DNA of 64,000 nucleotides from a virus (taxonomy: Duplodnaviria > Caudoviricetes): the IMG/VR virus record IMGVR_UViG_3300020049_002596, positions 31,513 through 95,512 of that record; one strand, written 5' to 3'. A model generated the notes under the pieces. It saw only the letters and a program-made list of their open reading frames with translations, was not told the DNA's origin and did no database searches. Below are positions 27,090 through 38,277 of this stretch, piece after piece; position 1 is the first letter of the stretch, and every line of letters starts with the position of its first letter. Made by a program: the position numbers and the translations under genes.

Positions 27090-28112
27090 ATGAACCAAAG
27101 ATTTCAATATGTTACAGTAGATACTATCCTATCCAAGTATCTAAGAGACTTCAGGGGTGTAGAACTTAATGAAGATGAAGCTATTGAGTGGATAGGAGAA
27201 GCATTAGGATTCATGCAAATGGCATCTGCTTCTGAAGAGGCTATAGCTTTCCTTGAAGTTAAAAACTATCAAGCAGCTTTGCCTAATGGTTTACATTATA
27301 TTATCCAAGTTGCAAAAAGTAACTCTTGGGCTCCTACAGAGCCTGAGACTTGTACTCCAGAAGTTATAGTTCAGGACTTAGTTCCTGTAACAGACCCAGA
27401 CCCACTAGCTTGCTATGGGGGTTGGACTTCTAACTTAGTTGCTGTAGATGCTAAAGGAGATTTAATTGGGGATCAAGAAATAGCTTACTACAGACCTTAC
27501 TTTGACTTACAGTATGAATACTTAGGTTGGGCTCAATCTAAATTGTTTAGAACAAAGTTTACTCCTGTTAGGTTAGCTAATCATACTTTCTTTAATACTT
27601 TAGTTTGTCAGACAGATGAAAATGCAGGGTTGTATGGAGAAAGCAATACTACAGGAAAAGATGAGTACACTATTGTAGGTGACCAACTTAGATTTAGTTT
27701 TCAAGAAGGGTATGTAGCAGTAGCTTATTTAAGACAAAGAGTAGATCATGAAACTGGATATCCTATGGTTCCAGATGATGAGTCTGCTAAAGCTGCTATT
27801 ACTTATTACTTAGGTTGGAAAACTAAAGAAAGAGAAGCTTGGAATCACAGAGAAGGTGCTATGCAATTAGCTCAAGTAGCTGAAGCAAGATGGTTAAAAT
27901 ATATTAAGCAGTTCAAGAACAAAGCTAAGATGCCTTGGGGAACTGATGACTATGAAGACCTTATGGAGCAATCCAATTACTTAATACCAAGAACTAAAAG
28001 ATACTATGGTTTCTTTGGTAAACTTGGTCAAGCTGAAGATAGGATTTTTAATGACCCTAACTTTACAAACAAATACAGATACACATCAGGTAACTCAGCT
28101 TATATGAGATAA
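27090..28112 (+). CDS. Tail tubular/ring protein (P22 gp4-like position)
   Basis: IEWIGEAL, VKNYQAALP, GYPMVPD motifs; immediately upstream of the muzzle gene. Confidence 0.75.
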   Translation: MNQRFQYVTVDTILSKYLRDFRGVELNEDEAIEWIGEALGFMQMASASEEAIAFLEVKNYQAALPNGLHYIIQVAKSNSWAPTEPETCTPEVIVQDLVPVTDPDPLACYGGWTSNLVAVDAKGDLIGDQEIAYYRPYFDLQYEYLGWAQSKLFRTKFTPVRLANHTFFNTLVCQTDENAGLYGESNTTGKDEYTIVGDQLRFSFQEGYVAVAYLRQRVDHETGYPMVPDDESAKAAITYYLGWKTKEREAWNHREGAMQLAQVAEARWLKYIKQFKNKAKMPWGTDDYEDLMEQSNYLIPRTKRYYGFFGKLGQAEDRIFNDPNFTNKYRYTSGNSAYMR

Positions 28113-28114
28113 TT

Positions 28115-31100
28115 ATGGCTCAAGAAAAACAACAAGGAGGAATTAGTGTAAACATTCCTGGAGGATTAAATACAGACTCCTCTTTAGTAAATCAACCTGA
28201 AGGAACAACTAGATTTGTTTTTACAGGAGTAAATGAAACTAAAGAAGGAGACTATGGTTTTATTGCAAATGAAGAGTCTAACCAAGAATGTTATGATCTT
28301 GCTGCTAATAATTTACTAGGCCCTGGGTATATACCTATGGGTAAAGTTTATATTGGAGATGAGAACAATGCTATTCTTTTAGCTAATCCTAATGGTGATT
28401 CTGCTATTATTATAGTAGATAAAAACTGTAAGACAACTGTTGCTTTTAGTGACAAGAATCAAACAGAGAAAATGGGTTTCAAAATAAATCAACAAATTGA
28501 TGCAACTTTCAGATTAAGAAGAGGTTGTGAAAGAGTTATTTATTGGGTAGACCCTAAACCTAGAATGTTCATCTTTGATAAAGAAGAAGAATTCAAAGAC
28601 CCTGTTACAGGGAAATGGGATATCTCTAAATTTGGTTTGTTTAAAACTTACAAAAAAATTCCTGTTGTTACTGATATAGAAGTTGTAGATGGTGCTGGAG
28701 TATTACCTCCAGGTTCTTATAACTTTTCTATTCAATACCTTGATGAAGACTTTAATCCTACAGAATTTGTTACAAGTACTGAGACTGTTGTGATTTACAA
28801 TACTCCTTCCACTTCTTCTTATAGAGAAAAGAGAGGAGCTACAATGGAAAAGAATGACTCTTATCTAAATTTTGAAAACAGTAACAAAGCTATTAAGATA
28901 GTTTTTGATGCTGCTTCTTTAGATACTACATTCCCTTTCTATAGATTAGCAATTACAGAAGCTAACACTGGGCAAGGCTCTGTTAGTGATACTAAATATA
29001 CTTCTGAACTATCTACAAGAAATACTACTTTCTATTACACAGGGCTTAATTATGAAAGCACAGGTACTCAAGCTGAGGTTACTATGTTCAATAACATAAT
29101 TGAAAGAGCTCAAAGTATAGAGCAAATAGAAAATAGATTAGTTCTTGGAAATGTAGAAGGTAAGCAAATTAACTTTTGTAAACTTCAAAAGTATGCAAGT
29201 AAAATCAATACGGATTTAATTACTAAAACAGTTGTAGTCTCTACTACTGATAAGAGTAATGCTAAAGATCCTGCTGCTCACTTTAATGGAATTGGGTACA
29301 TGCCAGGAGAGATTTACTCTCTTGCTATTGTGTATATCTTTGCAGATAACACAACTTCTCCAGCTTTCCATATACCAGGAAAAAGTCACAATGTACCTAA
29401 TAACTATATGTTCTCATCAGGTGCTTCTGTCTATCCTATGAGCAATATTGACAATGCTTGTACTGATACAAGATACATTGACAATAATACTTGTGGTACA
29501 GATACTTTTTGGGGAGTAGATTCTCAAGGAGATTCATTGACTAACCAAGCTGTAAGACATCACAGATTTCCTCTAAGAACAGATTACAATATTCCTTTTG
29601 TTACAAAAGTTCCAGCTGCTGCTGCACTTACTTTTGTAAAAAATCTTAATATAACTGTAAGTAAGACAGGGGCTATTTGTCCTGCAGAATGTCCTACCAC
29701 AAATCCTCCTGCAGGTTGTACTCCTACTCTAGGAAACTTTGGTTCTCCAGGAGATTTTGGTCCTTATACTTATACTGTAAACTACACTGAAGATTCTACT
29801 TCAGGAGTTTTATCTAGTGTAATAGACCCTCAACTATATGTAGTAACAGTAGGAGATAACACTACTCAAAATGTTAACTACTATGCTAACTCTGGAAACT
29901 TGTATGGTGCTTCCATTGTAATTACAGATATTGAAGAAAGCTTTGATTATCCTACTACTCCTAATACAGTTTCTATGACAGGACCTACTTTAGATTCTAT
30001 CACAGGAATGTATAAGTACACAGGTACTTCTACTGTAACAGGTATGACTTATTCTATTGTAATAGGAATAGGTACACAAGATGCTTCAGATCCTTTATAT
30101 TCAGCTGAGATATTTGGACTTAACTTTTCTAATATTCACAAACCTTCTTTAGCAGATACTAATGGGGAAGAAATTGTAGGATACTATATTGTAAGACAAG
30201 AAAGAAAAGAATCAGATAGAACTATTGTAGATAGTGCTGTATTGACTTCAACTACTAAAGAGAAAAACTTTGTAGCACAAGGACTTTTGTTTCCACAATA
30301 TGCTAATCCTGGAGAACAAGTTGCAAAAATTAAAAAAGATACTGTAGGTTTAATTTATCCTGAACACAAATTTAATGACAGAAAGTATTCTACATTTAGT
30401 AAGATTGTGCAACAAGGTAAATTTACTAAAATAAAAGCCATAGCTAGTAGAACTAAAATTAATGATGTTGCTGATGGTAGTGGATATGTAAGTGGAAAAC
30501 ATAAAGACGGAGAAAGTGATGATGATGGTTTTAGCATACAAATTAAAACCAGAGATAACATAACTAACTTTGTTGGTCAGAACACTTTTACTTTAGACAG
30601 TACTAACATTAAAGAGTTGTATTATCTTTCTGCATTAGAAGATAAATTAACTGAAGACAGTACTAATACAGGTATAGATGTTTTTAATTTGGCTTGTGAT
30701 AACAAAGTAGGTATTGTACAATTAAAACAAAACTATACTTTTAATACTGTGTCAAGTTTACCTTATGTGTATTTATACAGAGATATTCTAGAACCTTATT
30801 CTAACTTTAGATTAACTCCTTATTATAAAGAAAGTAGAAACCCTGAGACTTTTGACCCTCTTACAAATACTAGCACTGTAGCTATTTGGAATGGAGATAG
30901 TTACATTAGTTCTATTAGATATGTAAATAGTATTTACTTTGACACTAGAATGAAAAAGAGAGCAGGTAAAACTTCTGTTTGGAATTATATTATTGCTGCT
31001 GTATTAGTAGTAGTAGCTGTAGTGGTAACAATTTTTAGTGCAGGATTAGGTACAGCTGTTGGAGTAGGTTTAGTAAGTTTAGCTGTAGGTCTTGTAGGAG

Positions 31101-33961
31101 TTGCAACTACTTTAGTTATTTCAGGTATTCAACAAGATGCTTGGAATAAAGCTTACAATATATTATATGATCAAGGGCTTAGAGAAACTATTACAGATTC
31201 TTACATGCAAGATGATGTAGATCCTATTAGTGGAAGACCAAGAGGATTTAGAAAAAATCCTTCTGATGATGAGATTCAATGGTTAGGAGATTGTGCAAAC
31301 CTTTGGTTTGAATCTTCAGTTAATATGGGATTAAGACATGGTGCCACTGACAATACTCCTGACTTCTTAAATGCTCCTGGGTTAGTTGAATCAGGAACTA
31401 CTTATGGAGAATGGGATAGAGAATATTTTGGTATACACTCAGTTGGTTCTCAAGATGTTCCTCCTACTACTGCTTTAGATTTCCACATGGTTAAGAAATT
31501 GACTTACTTAGATGCAAATAGAAAAGCTGGTAGAGCTTACATTGGTTTAGCTGCTGCTGAAGTATATGCTTTAAATCCTGACTACACAAGAAGAAATAAA
31601 CAAAAGGCTTATGAGCATTTAGGTTTAGAGTATGACTGTTGTACAGACTGTGTTGAAACTTTTCCACATAGATTCCATTGGTCAGAGCAAGCTTTTCAAG
31701 AAGAGATTACAGATAACTTTAGAATGTTCTTACCTAACAACTACAAAGATCTTGAAGCTGAGACAGGTAAGTTAACAGATATGTTTAGAATGCAAAACAA
31801 TCTTTATGTTCACACTGAAGAAGGTCTTTGGCATTGTCCTCAGACTTTCCAAGAAAGGGTGACTAGTGATATTATCTCTTTCATAGGTACTGGAGAATAT
31901 TTCTCTGTGCCTCCTAGAAAGATAGTAGATGATGCAAACTCTTCTGCAGGTAATATGCACAAGTGGGCAAGAACTAAAACTAAGCATGGAGTATTGTTTC
32001 CTTCTTGGAAAGAAAAGAAATGGTATTTATTTGATGGTCAACAATTGAAACCAATTAGTGATAATGGTAACAGCAACTACTTTAAAACTCACATGGACTT
32101 TTTAGTAGAGCAACAATACTATGCTACTAATTCTGCAGAATACCCATATAGAAATAATCCTTCAAATGCTTTAGGAGTAGGGTTCTTATCTACTTATGAT
32201 AGTAACAAAGAAAGACTTATTGTTACTAAAAAAGATATGAAGATTACTAATCTTCCTACAGCTCCTTATGAGATTTGCAGTGAAGGACCTCAACCTATTA
32301 TTTTTACTAATATGGCTCAAACTATTGCAACAAGACTTGCAGCAGGTTGGACTTATATTGGAATAGAGAATTGTAAAATGAAGTTTGAAAAAACAACTTA
32401 TGAGACAGTTACTAGTATAGCTAATCAATATGTTTCTGTAGCTAATGATATGGACATCTGGGCTTTCTTTGATACTTCTGGTTCTTTTTCAGGAGCAGAT
32501 TTAGCTCAAATAGAAAGTAGTTTAGATACTTGGATTACAAATGATTTAGTACCAACAGGTTGGACAGGTAGTGTACACAAAGTAAATACTCCTACAGAAA
32601 AATGGTTAGAGTTTGCTAGTCAAATTCCTTTAGCTGAAAGAGGTAAAGTTTTACTTATTTCATTTGTTAATGAGTCTGAAAACTATCCAGGAAATCCTTA
32701 CCATAATTCAGGACTAGATTTCTCAGGACAACCTACTTCTACTTATGTGTCTCACTATAATGCTTTCACAGCAGCAGGGGGAGTTTATTCTACCTTTGAT
32801 AAATTTGTAGGTATTAATTATCCTATTGCTACTGTAGGTACTTCTCAGCCTTTTATACTGCACTCTTTAGCTGCTGTTAAAGGAATAGATTATACTTTAG
32901 ATGAAGTAAACAATCTTCCTGTAAATAATTATTTTTCAGCTTCAGCTTGGTCTTCTCTTAAGTCTCAGTTGTTAAATAATCCTTACAAGAATTTATTAGA
33001 TCCTGATGGAGATGCTGGATTAGAAAAATACAATTGGTTTGTAAAACCTGACAGAAGTAATTTAGGTAGTGCAGCTACTGCAGAATGTGAAGGTAGTTCT
33101 CTTATCATTTCTCCTTGTCAATTTGCTTTAGATATGAATGCTATCTTAGCTTCTTTAATTACTGTAGAACCTGTAGAGATTACTAATGTGTATCCTGTAA
33201 CTCAAATTGAGTATGAGCAAGGACAAGTATTTGTACCTCAAACTTTGAACAATGGTTACACTATGTCTTTCTCTTTAAAAAGAAATGAGTGGGTAGGATG
33301 GCATCCTTATATACCTAGTTTCTATATGCATGTTCAAGAAAAGTTTTATTCTTGGCCACAAGGTTCTAGCTATTTGTACAAACATAATAGACCTAATCAT
33401 TATCAAACTTTCTATGGTGTAAAATATCCTTTCATTGTAGAGTATGTAGATAATCCAAGTGCTATGACAAGTAAAGTATGGGATAGCATATTATTCCAAA
33501 CTGAAGCTAAGAAATTTGACACAGTGAATGAAGAATACATAGATCAAAGATATGTTACATTTAACAAAGCTTTGTTCTATAACACTCAACAGACTAGTGG
33601 TATAATTACACTGGCACCTAAACAAGATAGTAATGCAAATTATTTATTGCAACAAACTAATAATACTTTAGGAGTAGCAACTATAGATAGAAATGAAAGA
33701 GATTGGACTATGAACTCTATGAGAGACATAAGAATAGATTACACTATCCCTATGTTCTTGAAAGATTTACCTTCTCTTCAAAGTAGTTATTACATAGACA
33801 AAGTTGTAAATCCTGCAGCTATTGACTATAATAAGGACTGGACACAGCTTGAAAGTTTTAGAGATAAGTTCTTGGTAGTAAGGTTAATATTTGATAACTT
33901 TGCTGATACAAGATTAATCTTTAACTTCTCAGCTTTGCAAAGAATTGAATCAGAAAGATAA
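28115..33961 (+). CDS. Tail stabilisation/muzzle protein (P22 gp10-like) with inserted hydrophobic hairpin and vWA-like domain
   Basis: GGLNTD N-terminus, C-terminal WVGWHPYIP and FRDKFLVVRL; synteny; DTSGS MIDAS-like motif. Confidence 0.8.
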   Translation: MAQEKQQGGISVNIPGGLNTDSSLVNQPEGTTRFVFTGVNETKEGDYGFIANEESNQECYDLAANNLLGPGYIPMGKVYIGDENNAILLANPNGDSAIIIVDKNCKTTVAFSDKNQTEKMGFKINQQIDATFRLRRGCERVIYWVDPKPRMFIFDKEEEFKDPVTGKWDISKFGLFKTYKKIPVVTDIEVVDGAGVLPPGSYNFSIQYLDEDFNPTEFVTSTETVVIYNTPSTSSYREKRGATMEKNDSYLNFENSNKAIKIVFDAASLDTTFPFYRLAITEANTGQGSVSDTKYTSELSTRNTTFYYTGLNYESTGTQAEVTMFNNIIERAQSIEQIENRLVLGNVEGKQINFCKLQKYASKINTDLITKTVVVSTTDKSNAKDPAAHFNGIGYMPGEIYSLAIVYIFADNTTSPAFHIPGKSHNVPNNYMFSSGASVYPMSNIDNACTDTRYIDNNTCGTDTFWGVDSQGDSLTNQAVRHHRFPLRTDYNIPFVTKVPAAAALTFVKNLNITVSKTGAICPAECPTTNPPAGCTPTLGNFGSPGDFGPYTYTVNYTEDSTSGVLSSVIDPQLYVVTVGDNTTQNVNYYANSGNLYGASIVITDIEESFDYPTTPNTVSMTGPTLDSITGMYKYTGTSTVTGMTYSIVIGIGTQDASDPLYSAEIFGLNFSNIHKPSLADTNGEEIVGYYIVRQERKESDRTIVDSAVLTSTTKEKNFVAQGLLFPQYANPGEQVAKIKKDTVGLIYPEHKFNDRKYSTFSKIVQQGKFTKIKAIASRTKINDVADGSGYVSGKHKDGESDDDGFSIQIKTRDNITNFVGQNTFTLDSTNIKELYYLSALEDKLTEDSTNTGIDVFNLACDNKVGIVQLKQNYTFNTVSSLPYVYLYRDILEPYSNFRLTPYYKESRNPETFDPLTNTSTVAIWNGDSYISSIRYVNSIYFDTRMKKRAGKTSVWNYIIAAVLVVVAVVVTIFSAGLGTAVGVGLVSLAVGLVGVATTLVISGIQQDAWNKAYNILYDQGLRETITDSYMQDDVDPISGRPRGFRKNPSDDEIQWLGDCANLWFESSVNMGLRHGATDNTPDFLNAPGLVESGTTYGEWDREYFGIHSVGSQDVPPTTALDFHMVKKLTYLDANRKAGRAYIGLAAAEVYALNPDYTRRNKQKAYEHLGLEYDCCTDCVETFPHRFHWSEQAFQEEITDNFRMFLPNNYKDLEAETGKLTDMFRMQNNLYVHTEEGLWHCPQTFQERVTSDIISFIGTGEYFSVPPRKIVDDANSSAGNMHKWARTKTKHGVLFPSWKEKKWYLFDGQQLKPISDNGNSNYFKTHMDFLVEQQYYATNSAEYPYRNNPSNALGVGFLSTYDSNKERLIVTKKDMKITNLPTAPYEICSEGPQPIIFTNMAQTIATRLAAGWTYIGIENCKMKFEKTTYETVTSIANQYVSVANDMDIWAFFDTSGSFSGADLAQIESSLDTWITNDLVPTGWTGSVHKVNTPTEKWLEFASQIPLAERGKVLLISFVNESENYPGNPYHNSGLDFSGQPTSTYVSHYNAFTAAGGVYSTFDKFVGINYPIATVGTSQPFILHSLAAVKGIDYTLDEVNNLPVNNYFSASAWSSLKSQLLNNPYKNLLDPDGDAGLEKYNWFVKPDRSNLGSAATAECEGSSLIISPCQFALDMNAILASLITVEPVEITNVYPVTQIEYEQGQVFVPQTLNNGYTMSFSLKRNEWVGWHPYIPSFYMHVQEKFYSWPQGSSYLYKHNRPNHYQTFYGVKYPFIVEYVDNPSAMTSKVWDSILFQTEAKKFDTVNEEYIDQRYVTFNKALFYNTQQTSGIITLAPKQDSNANYLLQQTNNTLGVATIDRNERDWTMNSMRDIRIDYTIPMFLKDLPSLQSSYYIDKVVNPAAIDYNKDWTQLESFRDKFLVVRLIFDNFADTRLIFNFSALQRIESER

Positions 33962-33991
33962 AGCTTCTCCTTTAAAAAATTAAACTTGATT

Positions 33992-36085
33992 ATGAAAAAT
34001 AAAATGAACCCTAGAAAAAAATATGCTAATGGTACTAATACTCAAGGTGTTGGACCTAATAATTATATTCAGTCTCCTAATGAGGTTTTGAATGATTATA
34101 ATATTATGTTAGCTAAAGCAGACTTAGAGGTTGCTAATAACAAGTTAGTCCCTATTGTTTCTATGATAGGGGGATTAGCCCAAGAGACTTTAAAATTTGC
34201 AGGAGCAGGAGGGTTTAGTAAAGCTCCAGCAACAAGTCCAACAGCTGCTATGGGGATGAATAAGGTAGAAGGAGATGTAGAAGTTGAAGGAGGAGAGATG
34301 TATGAAACACCTCAAGGGCAAGTAGGAGAATTTAAAGGACCTAGTCATGAAGAAGGGGGTATTCCTTTAGAAGTTGGACAAGATGTAGAAGAAGGTACTA
34401 AAGTATATTCTGACAGACTTAAAATAGGTAAAGAAACTCTTGCTGAAAGAAAAGAAAAAAGAGAAAGACAAATTGCTAATCTTGAAAAGATTGCTTCTGA
34501 GCCTTTATCTGATTCTGCTGTAAAAAATGCTGCTCAAAGAAAGATGCAAGCTATTCAAAAAGAAGAAGCAGCTGACTTAAAATTTCAAGAGCAAGTAAAC
34601 AATATGCAAGAAATGGCTGATAATGTCATTAAAGCTTTTGGTACAAGTATTGAAGGAATCCAAGATACTTCTATGAAGTATGCTAATGGTACACCTCCTG
34701 GAGGAATTGTATATGGCAAAGGTTATAATGCAGATATGTTTAAAGACTTCTATGCAAAATACAATGAATTAAATCCTGGAGGAGTAATGGACATGGGTTA
34801 CATTCAAGGAGATTTGGGTATAGCAAATAAAACTCCAGGCTTTGGTAAAGTATTTGGACCTGGTACCTATAAAGCTTCTCAAGATTGGTTAGCTGCAAAT
34901 AAAGATAAATCTCCTGATGCTTATGTAACAGGTGAAGCTTTAAATCCTACTCCAACAACAAATCCTGTAGTAGACACAGGTAGTTATGGAGCTCCAGGTT
35001 TTGTAGAAGGTTTTGGAATGGAAGCACAAGATGCTGCAGAAAATCCTTTATACTATGATACTAACCCTGAGTCTAAATCTACTTCTAATCCTAATATAGA
35101 TTATGGAAAGCTTTTAAGCTTTACAACACCTGAAGGTATTAATGATAATGCTTCTCTAAGTTATGGAGACCCTTATGCTAAAGATGGTGTAAATTTTGAG
35201 ATGCCTACAGAAACTATTATGACTCCTGCAGATCAATATGGAGCAGCAGAAGCTACACCTAAAGTTGATTTGCCTGGTACTGTGTTCAGTAGAACTGCAG
35301 CTAAAGTAGGTAAAGGAATAACTAAAGCAGGACAGACTGTAGATAAAATGGGAGGTTTACCAGCAATGGGAGACCTTGTTGGTATGTTTGGAAATTACTT
35401 GGGTGCTACTGCAGGACTTAAGAATGCTGCTGAACAAAGAAGTACTGACATCACTCACAGAAATGTTTATGCTAATGCAGGTAAAGAAGCTCAAAAAGAT
35501 TTAGACAATGCTATGAGTTCTATTGAAAATAGTAAAGCTCAAGCAATAGTAAAAGCAACTACCACAAGTCAAGGAGGTAAAAAATCAGGTAGAAATTCTG
35601 CCAGAGGTATTAACCAAAAAAGAGGTATGGATTGGTTATATGATACTGCTTTAACTGAACAAGTAAACTCTATCAGTGCTAATGCTGCTAATCAAGTTGC
35701 AGACATATACAAAGCTAAGTCTACTGTAGATATGACTGTAGACCAATTAAAAGGTCAAGGAGAATATCAAGCTAATATGGCTAATGAAGCTGCTAAAGAT
35801 GCTTACTACACTGCTAAAGGTTTAGGTCTTAAAGATCAAGCTTTAGGAGTACAACACATAGGTAAAGACCTTAATGCTATGAAACAAAATAAGATGATTG
35901 AAAATCTTATGAAAGATTATGGTAAATATGTTTCTTTAGATAAGAAAGGTAATATGGTCAACAAAAACAAAACAACATCAAAAACTGCAGATAAGATAGA
36001 AGTGCCTGATGGTAAAGGAGGTACAATCTCCATGACTAGAGCAGAGTTTGAAAAATTAATGAATAAAGTTACTAAAACAAATTAA
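33992..36085 (+). CDS. Virion cargo/ejection protein
   Basis: VEVEGGE...GPSHEEGGIPL motif, Ala/Gln-rich helical C-terminus, follows the muzzle gene. Confidence 0.65.
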   Translation: MKNKMNPRKKYANGTNTQGVGPNNYIQSPNEVLNDYNIMLAKADLEVANNKLVPIVSMIGGLAQETLKFAGAGGFSKAPATSPTAAMGMNKVEGDVEVEGGEMYETPQGQVGEFKGPSHEEGGIPLEVGQDVEEGTKVYSDRLKIGKETLAERKEKRERQIANLEKIASEPLSDSAVKNAAQRKMQAIQKEEAADLKFQEQVNNMQEMADNVIKAFGTSIEGIQDTSMKYANGTPPGGIVYGKGYNADMFKDFYAKYNELNPGGVMDMGYIQGDLGIANKTPGFGKVFGPGTYKASQDWLAANKDKSPDAYVTGEALNPTPTTNPVVDTGSYGAPGFVEGFGMEAQDAAENPLYYDTNPESKSTSNPNIDYGKLLSFTTPEGINDNASLSYGDPYAKDGVNFEMPTETIMTPADQYGAAEATPKVDLPGTVFSRTAAKVGKGITKAGQTVDKMGGLPAMGDLVGMFGNYLGATAGLKNAAEQRSTDITHRNVYANAGKEAQKDLDNAMSSIENSKAQAIVKATTTSQGGKKSGRNSARGINQKRGMDWLYDTALTEQVNSISANAANQVADIYKAKSTVDMTVDQLKGQGEYQANMANEAAKDAYYTAKGLGLKDQALGVQHIGKDLNAMKQNKMIENLMKDYGKYVSLDKKGNMVNKNKTTSKTADKIEVPDGKGGTISMTRAEFEKLMNKVTKTN

Positions 36086-36087
36086 TC

Positions 36088-38235
36088 ATGGGACAGTTTT
36101 ATAAAGGTACACCAGCAGAATTTCTTGATGACAAGATGTATAAAGCCCCTTATGAATTGATGGGAGCTGTTATTGACAAGAAAGACAAAGCTATAGATGA
36201 CACTATTACTCAGTATCAAGGGTATCTAGACAAATTAAAAGCTGATGTGTTAGAGCAGGATTCCCCTGAGCTAAGAGCCACTATACAACAGTATCAAACT
36301 AGAATTGATAATGCTGTACAAGGCATTACTAGTGACCCTATGAATTATCAAAAATATACTCCAGACTTAAATACTCTAGGAAGAGATATTACCAATACTT
36401 GGAGTTCTACAGGTAAGGTAGGTACTATGGAAGCTAATAAGAAAAAAGTATTGGCTGAGTATGATACTTTAGAAAAGTTAGCTAAAGAAAAAGGTTACAC
36501 TGCAGATTACCTTACAGCAGAAAAAAGAAGAATCTTAGAAAAATATAAAGGAGTTGAATGGGATGAAGAAAGAGGTAAAGCTATGGGAGCTCCTGAAATT
36601 GCTGATGCTTATCACAAATTGGATTTTGATGAAGGATTTTTATCTCACTTAAAAGCTCAAAAAATATCTAGAACTCAAGATACTCCTGGAGGTCCTTGGG
36701 TTTACAGACATGAAGGTAGTTCAGAAGTACTAAGTCCTAATGATATTATGAGTGCCTATATGTTGCAAGCTAATGCTGACCCAGCTACTAAAGCTGCTTT
36801 AGAGAGATATAATAAACTAGGAGTAGCAGGCTATGAAAGTGTAGGTCTTAATGAAGTTTACACTAAGGTTCCTGTAACTGATGCTTCAGGTAAACCTGTA
36901 ATGGAAAATGGTCAACCTAAAATGAAAGAAGTTCTTAACCCTAATAATTATTGGGCTAAGAAAATGGGAGCAGCTGCAGAAACTTACAAAGTAAACAATA
37001 GTGAAGTTAAAGATACTTTAAGTAATAATGAAGGTTATTGGAAAGAGTGGCAAGCTAACAGAGAAGATACAAAAGAAGCTAAAGAAAATGTTACTGCTGA
37101 AGTTATAGATGAAACTGTCATTGAAACTAGAGACTCTACAATAGATAACCTTGCTAATAATTACACTAATTCAAGTACTAAAGTTTACAATAATGTTCAA
37201 CAAGCTTTAAAAATAGCTGGGACATTAGGTATAAAAGAAAACACAGCTGCTTATAATCAAATAAAAAATGGTAACTTTACAGCATTAAGAGCAGCAGGAA
37301 AGAATAGAGAAGGTTTTGCAGCAACTGTAGATCAATTAGAAAAAGAATACAAAAGAGCATCAGCAGAAAAAGGTATGGCTCAGGCAAGTGTTCAAGAATT
37401 TACAAATAGTCTTCCAGCTGATCTTCAAAAAATTATGTATACTACTAAGTGGAGATCTAACCCTAAGATAAGGGAAGCTTACAAAGCTTATACAGAAAAA
37501 GCTCATGCTGAACAAAAATTTAATGCTGTTAATGTGGAGAATCAAATTACTAGTTTAAATGGTATGGATTTATCTAAAGGTACTAAAGAATCTTTTAAGA
37601 AAGTTATCAATGATGATTTAGATAAGTTCCGTTTTAAATTAGGTGGTGTGCAAGGAGATGAACAAATTATGGAGACTGCAAAAGGAACTAAGATTGCTTT
37701 TACAACTAAAAAATTATTAGATGGAAAAGTAGGGACTAGAAATGGTCAAACTGTAACTTATGTCTACAATCCTACTGGAGATCATTCTTTAGCTGAACTT
37801 CAAAAATTAGGAATAGTTAGTTCATCTGTTGTTACTGATGGTAAAGGAACTAAGAAAAAATATGTTTTCTTTGAAAATGGTAAAGAAGTAGGACTGGATG
37901 TAGCAGAAGATACTTTTGGAGTTGTAAAAGCTTATGATACTAAAGGAGGAGCTAATGTAGGAGTACACATGCAGATGGGTAAAAATGTTCTTAGAGCTAC
38001 ACTAGGAAGTAATCAAATAACTAGTCCTGAAATAAGAACTTGGTTCTCTGAAAATGATGATAGACTTTATTTTGAAAATCAAAACTCTAAGACTAACTGG
38101 AAAATGATTAAGAAAGAAGTTAAGGATTCAGGTAATACCTATCTTATGGACCATGGAAAAGCTTACATAAATGGGGGAGAAAGAACAGATGCTTTAAGTA
38201 TAAAAGCTATCAAAAAAGTTGTAATGGGTCTTTAA
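36088..38235 (+). CDS. Virion cargo/ejection protein
   Basis: Helical 715-aa protein between cargo genes and the RNAP. Confidence 0.55.
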   Translation: MGQFYKGTPAEFLDDKMYKAPYELMGAVIDKKDKAIDDTITQYQGYLDKLKADVLEQDSPELRATIQQYQTRIDNAVQGITSDPMNYQKYTPDLNTLGRDITNTWSSTGKVGTMEANKKKVLAEYDTLEKLAKEKGYTADYLTAEKRRILEKYKGVEWDEERGKAMGAPEIADAYHKLDFDEGFLSHLKAQKISRTQDTPGGPWVYRHEGSSEVLSPNDIMSAYMLQANADPATKAALERYNKLGVAGYESVGLNEVYTKVPVTDASGKPVMENGQPKMKEVLNPNNYWAKKMGAAAETYKVNNSEVKDTLSNNEGYWKEWQANREDTKEAKENVTAEVIDETVIETRDSTIDNLANNYTNSSTKVYNNVQQALKIAGTLGIKENTAAYNQIKNGNFTALRAAGKNREGFAATVDQLEKEYKRASAEKGMAQASVQEFTNSLPADLQKIMYTTKWRSNPKIREAYKAYTEKAHAEQKFNAVNVENQITSLNGMDLSKGTKESFKKVINDDLDKFRFKLGGVQGDEQIMETAKGTKIAFTTKKLLDGKVGTRNGQTVTYVYNPTGDHSLAELQKLGIVSSSVVTDGKGTKKKYVFFENGKEVGLDVAEDTFGVVKAYDTKGGANVGVHMQMGKNVLRATLGSNQITSPEIRTWFSENDDRLYFENQNSKTNWKMIKKEVKDSGNTYLMDHGKAYINGGERTDALSIKAIKKVVMGL

Positions 38236-38277
38236 TCTTCATATTAAAATTTAATAAACTTTAATCTTAATTAGAAT

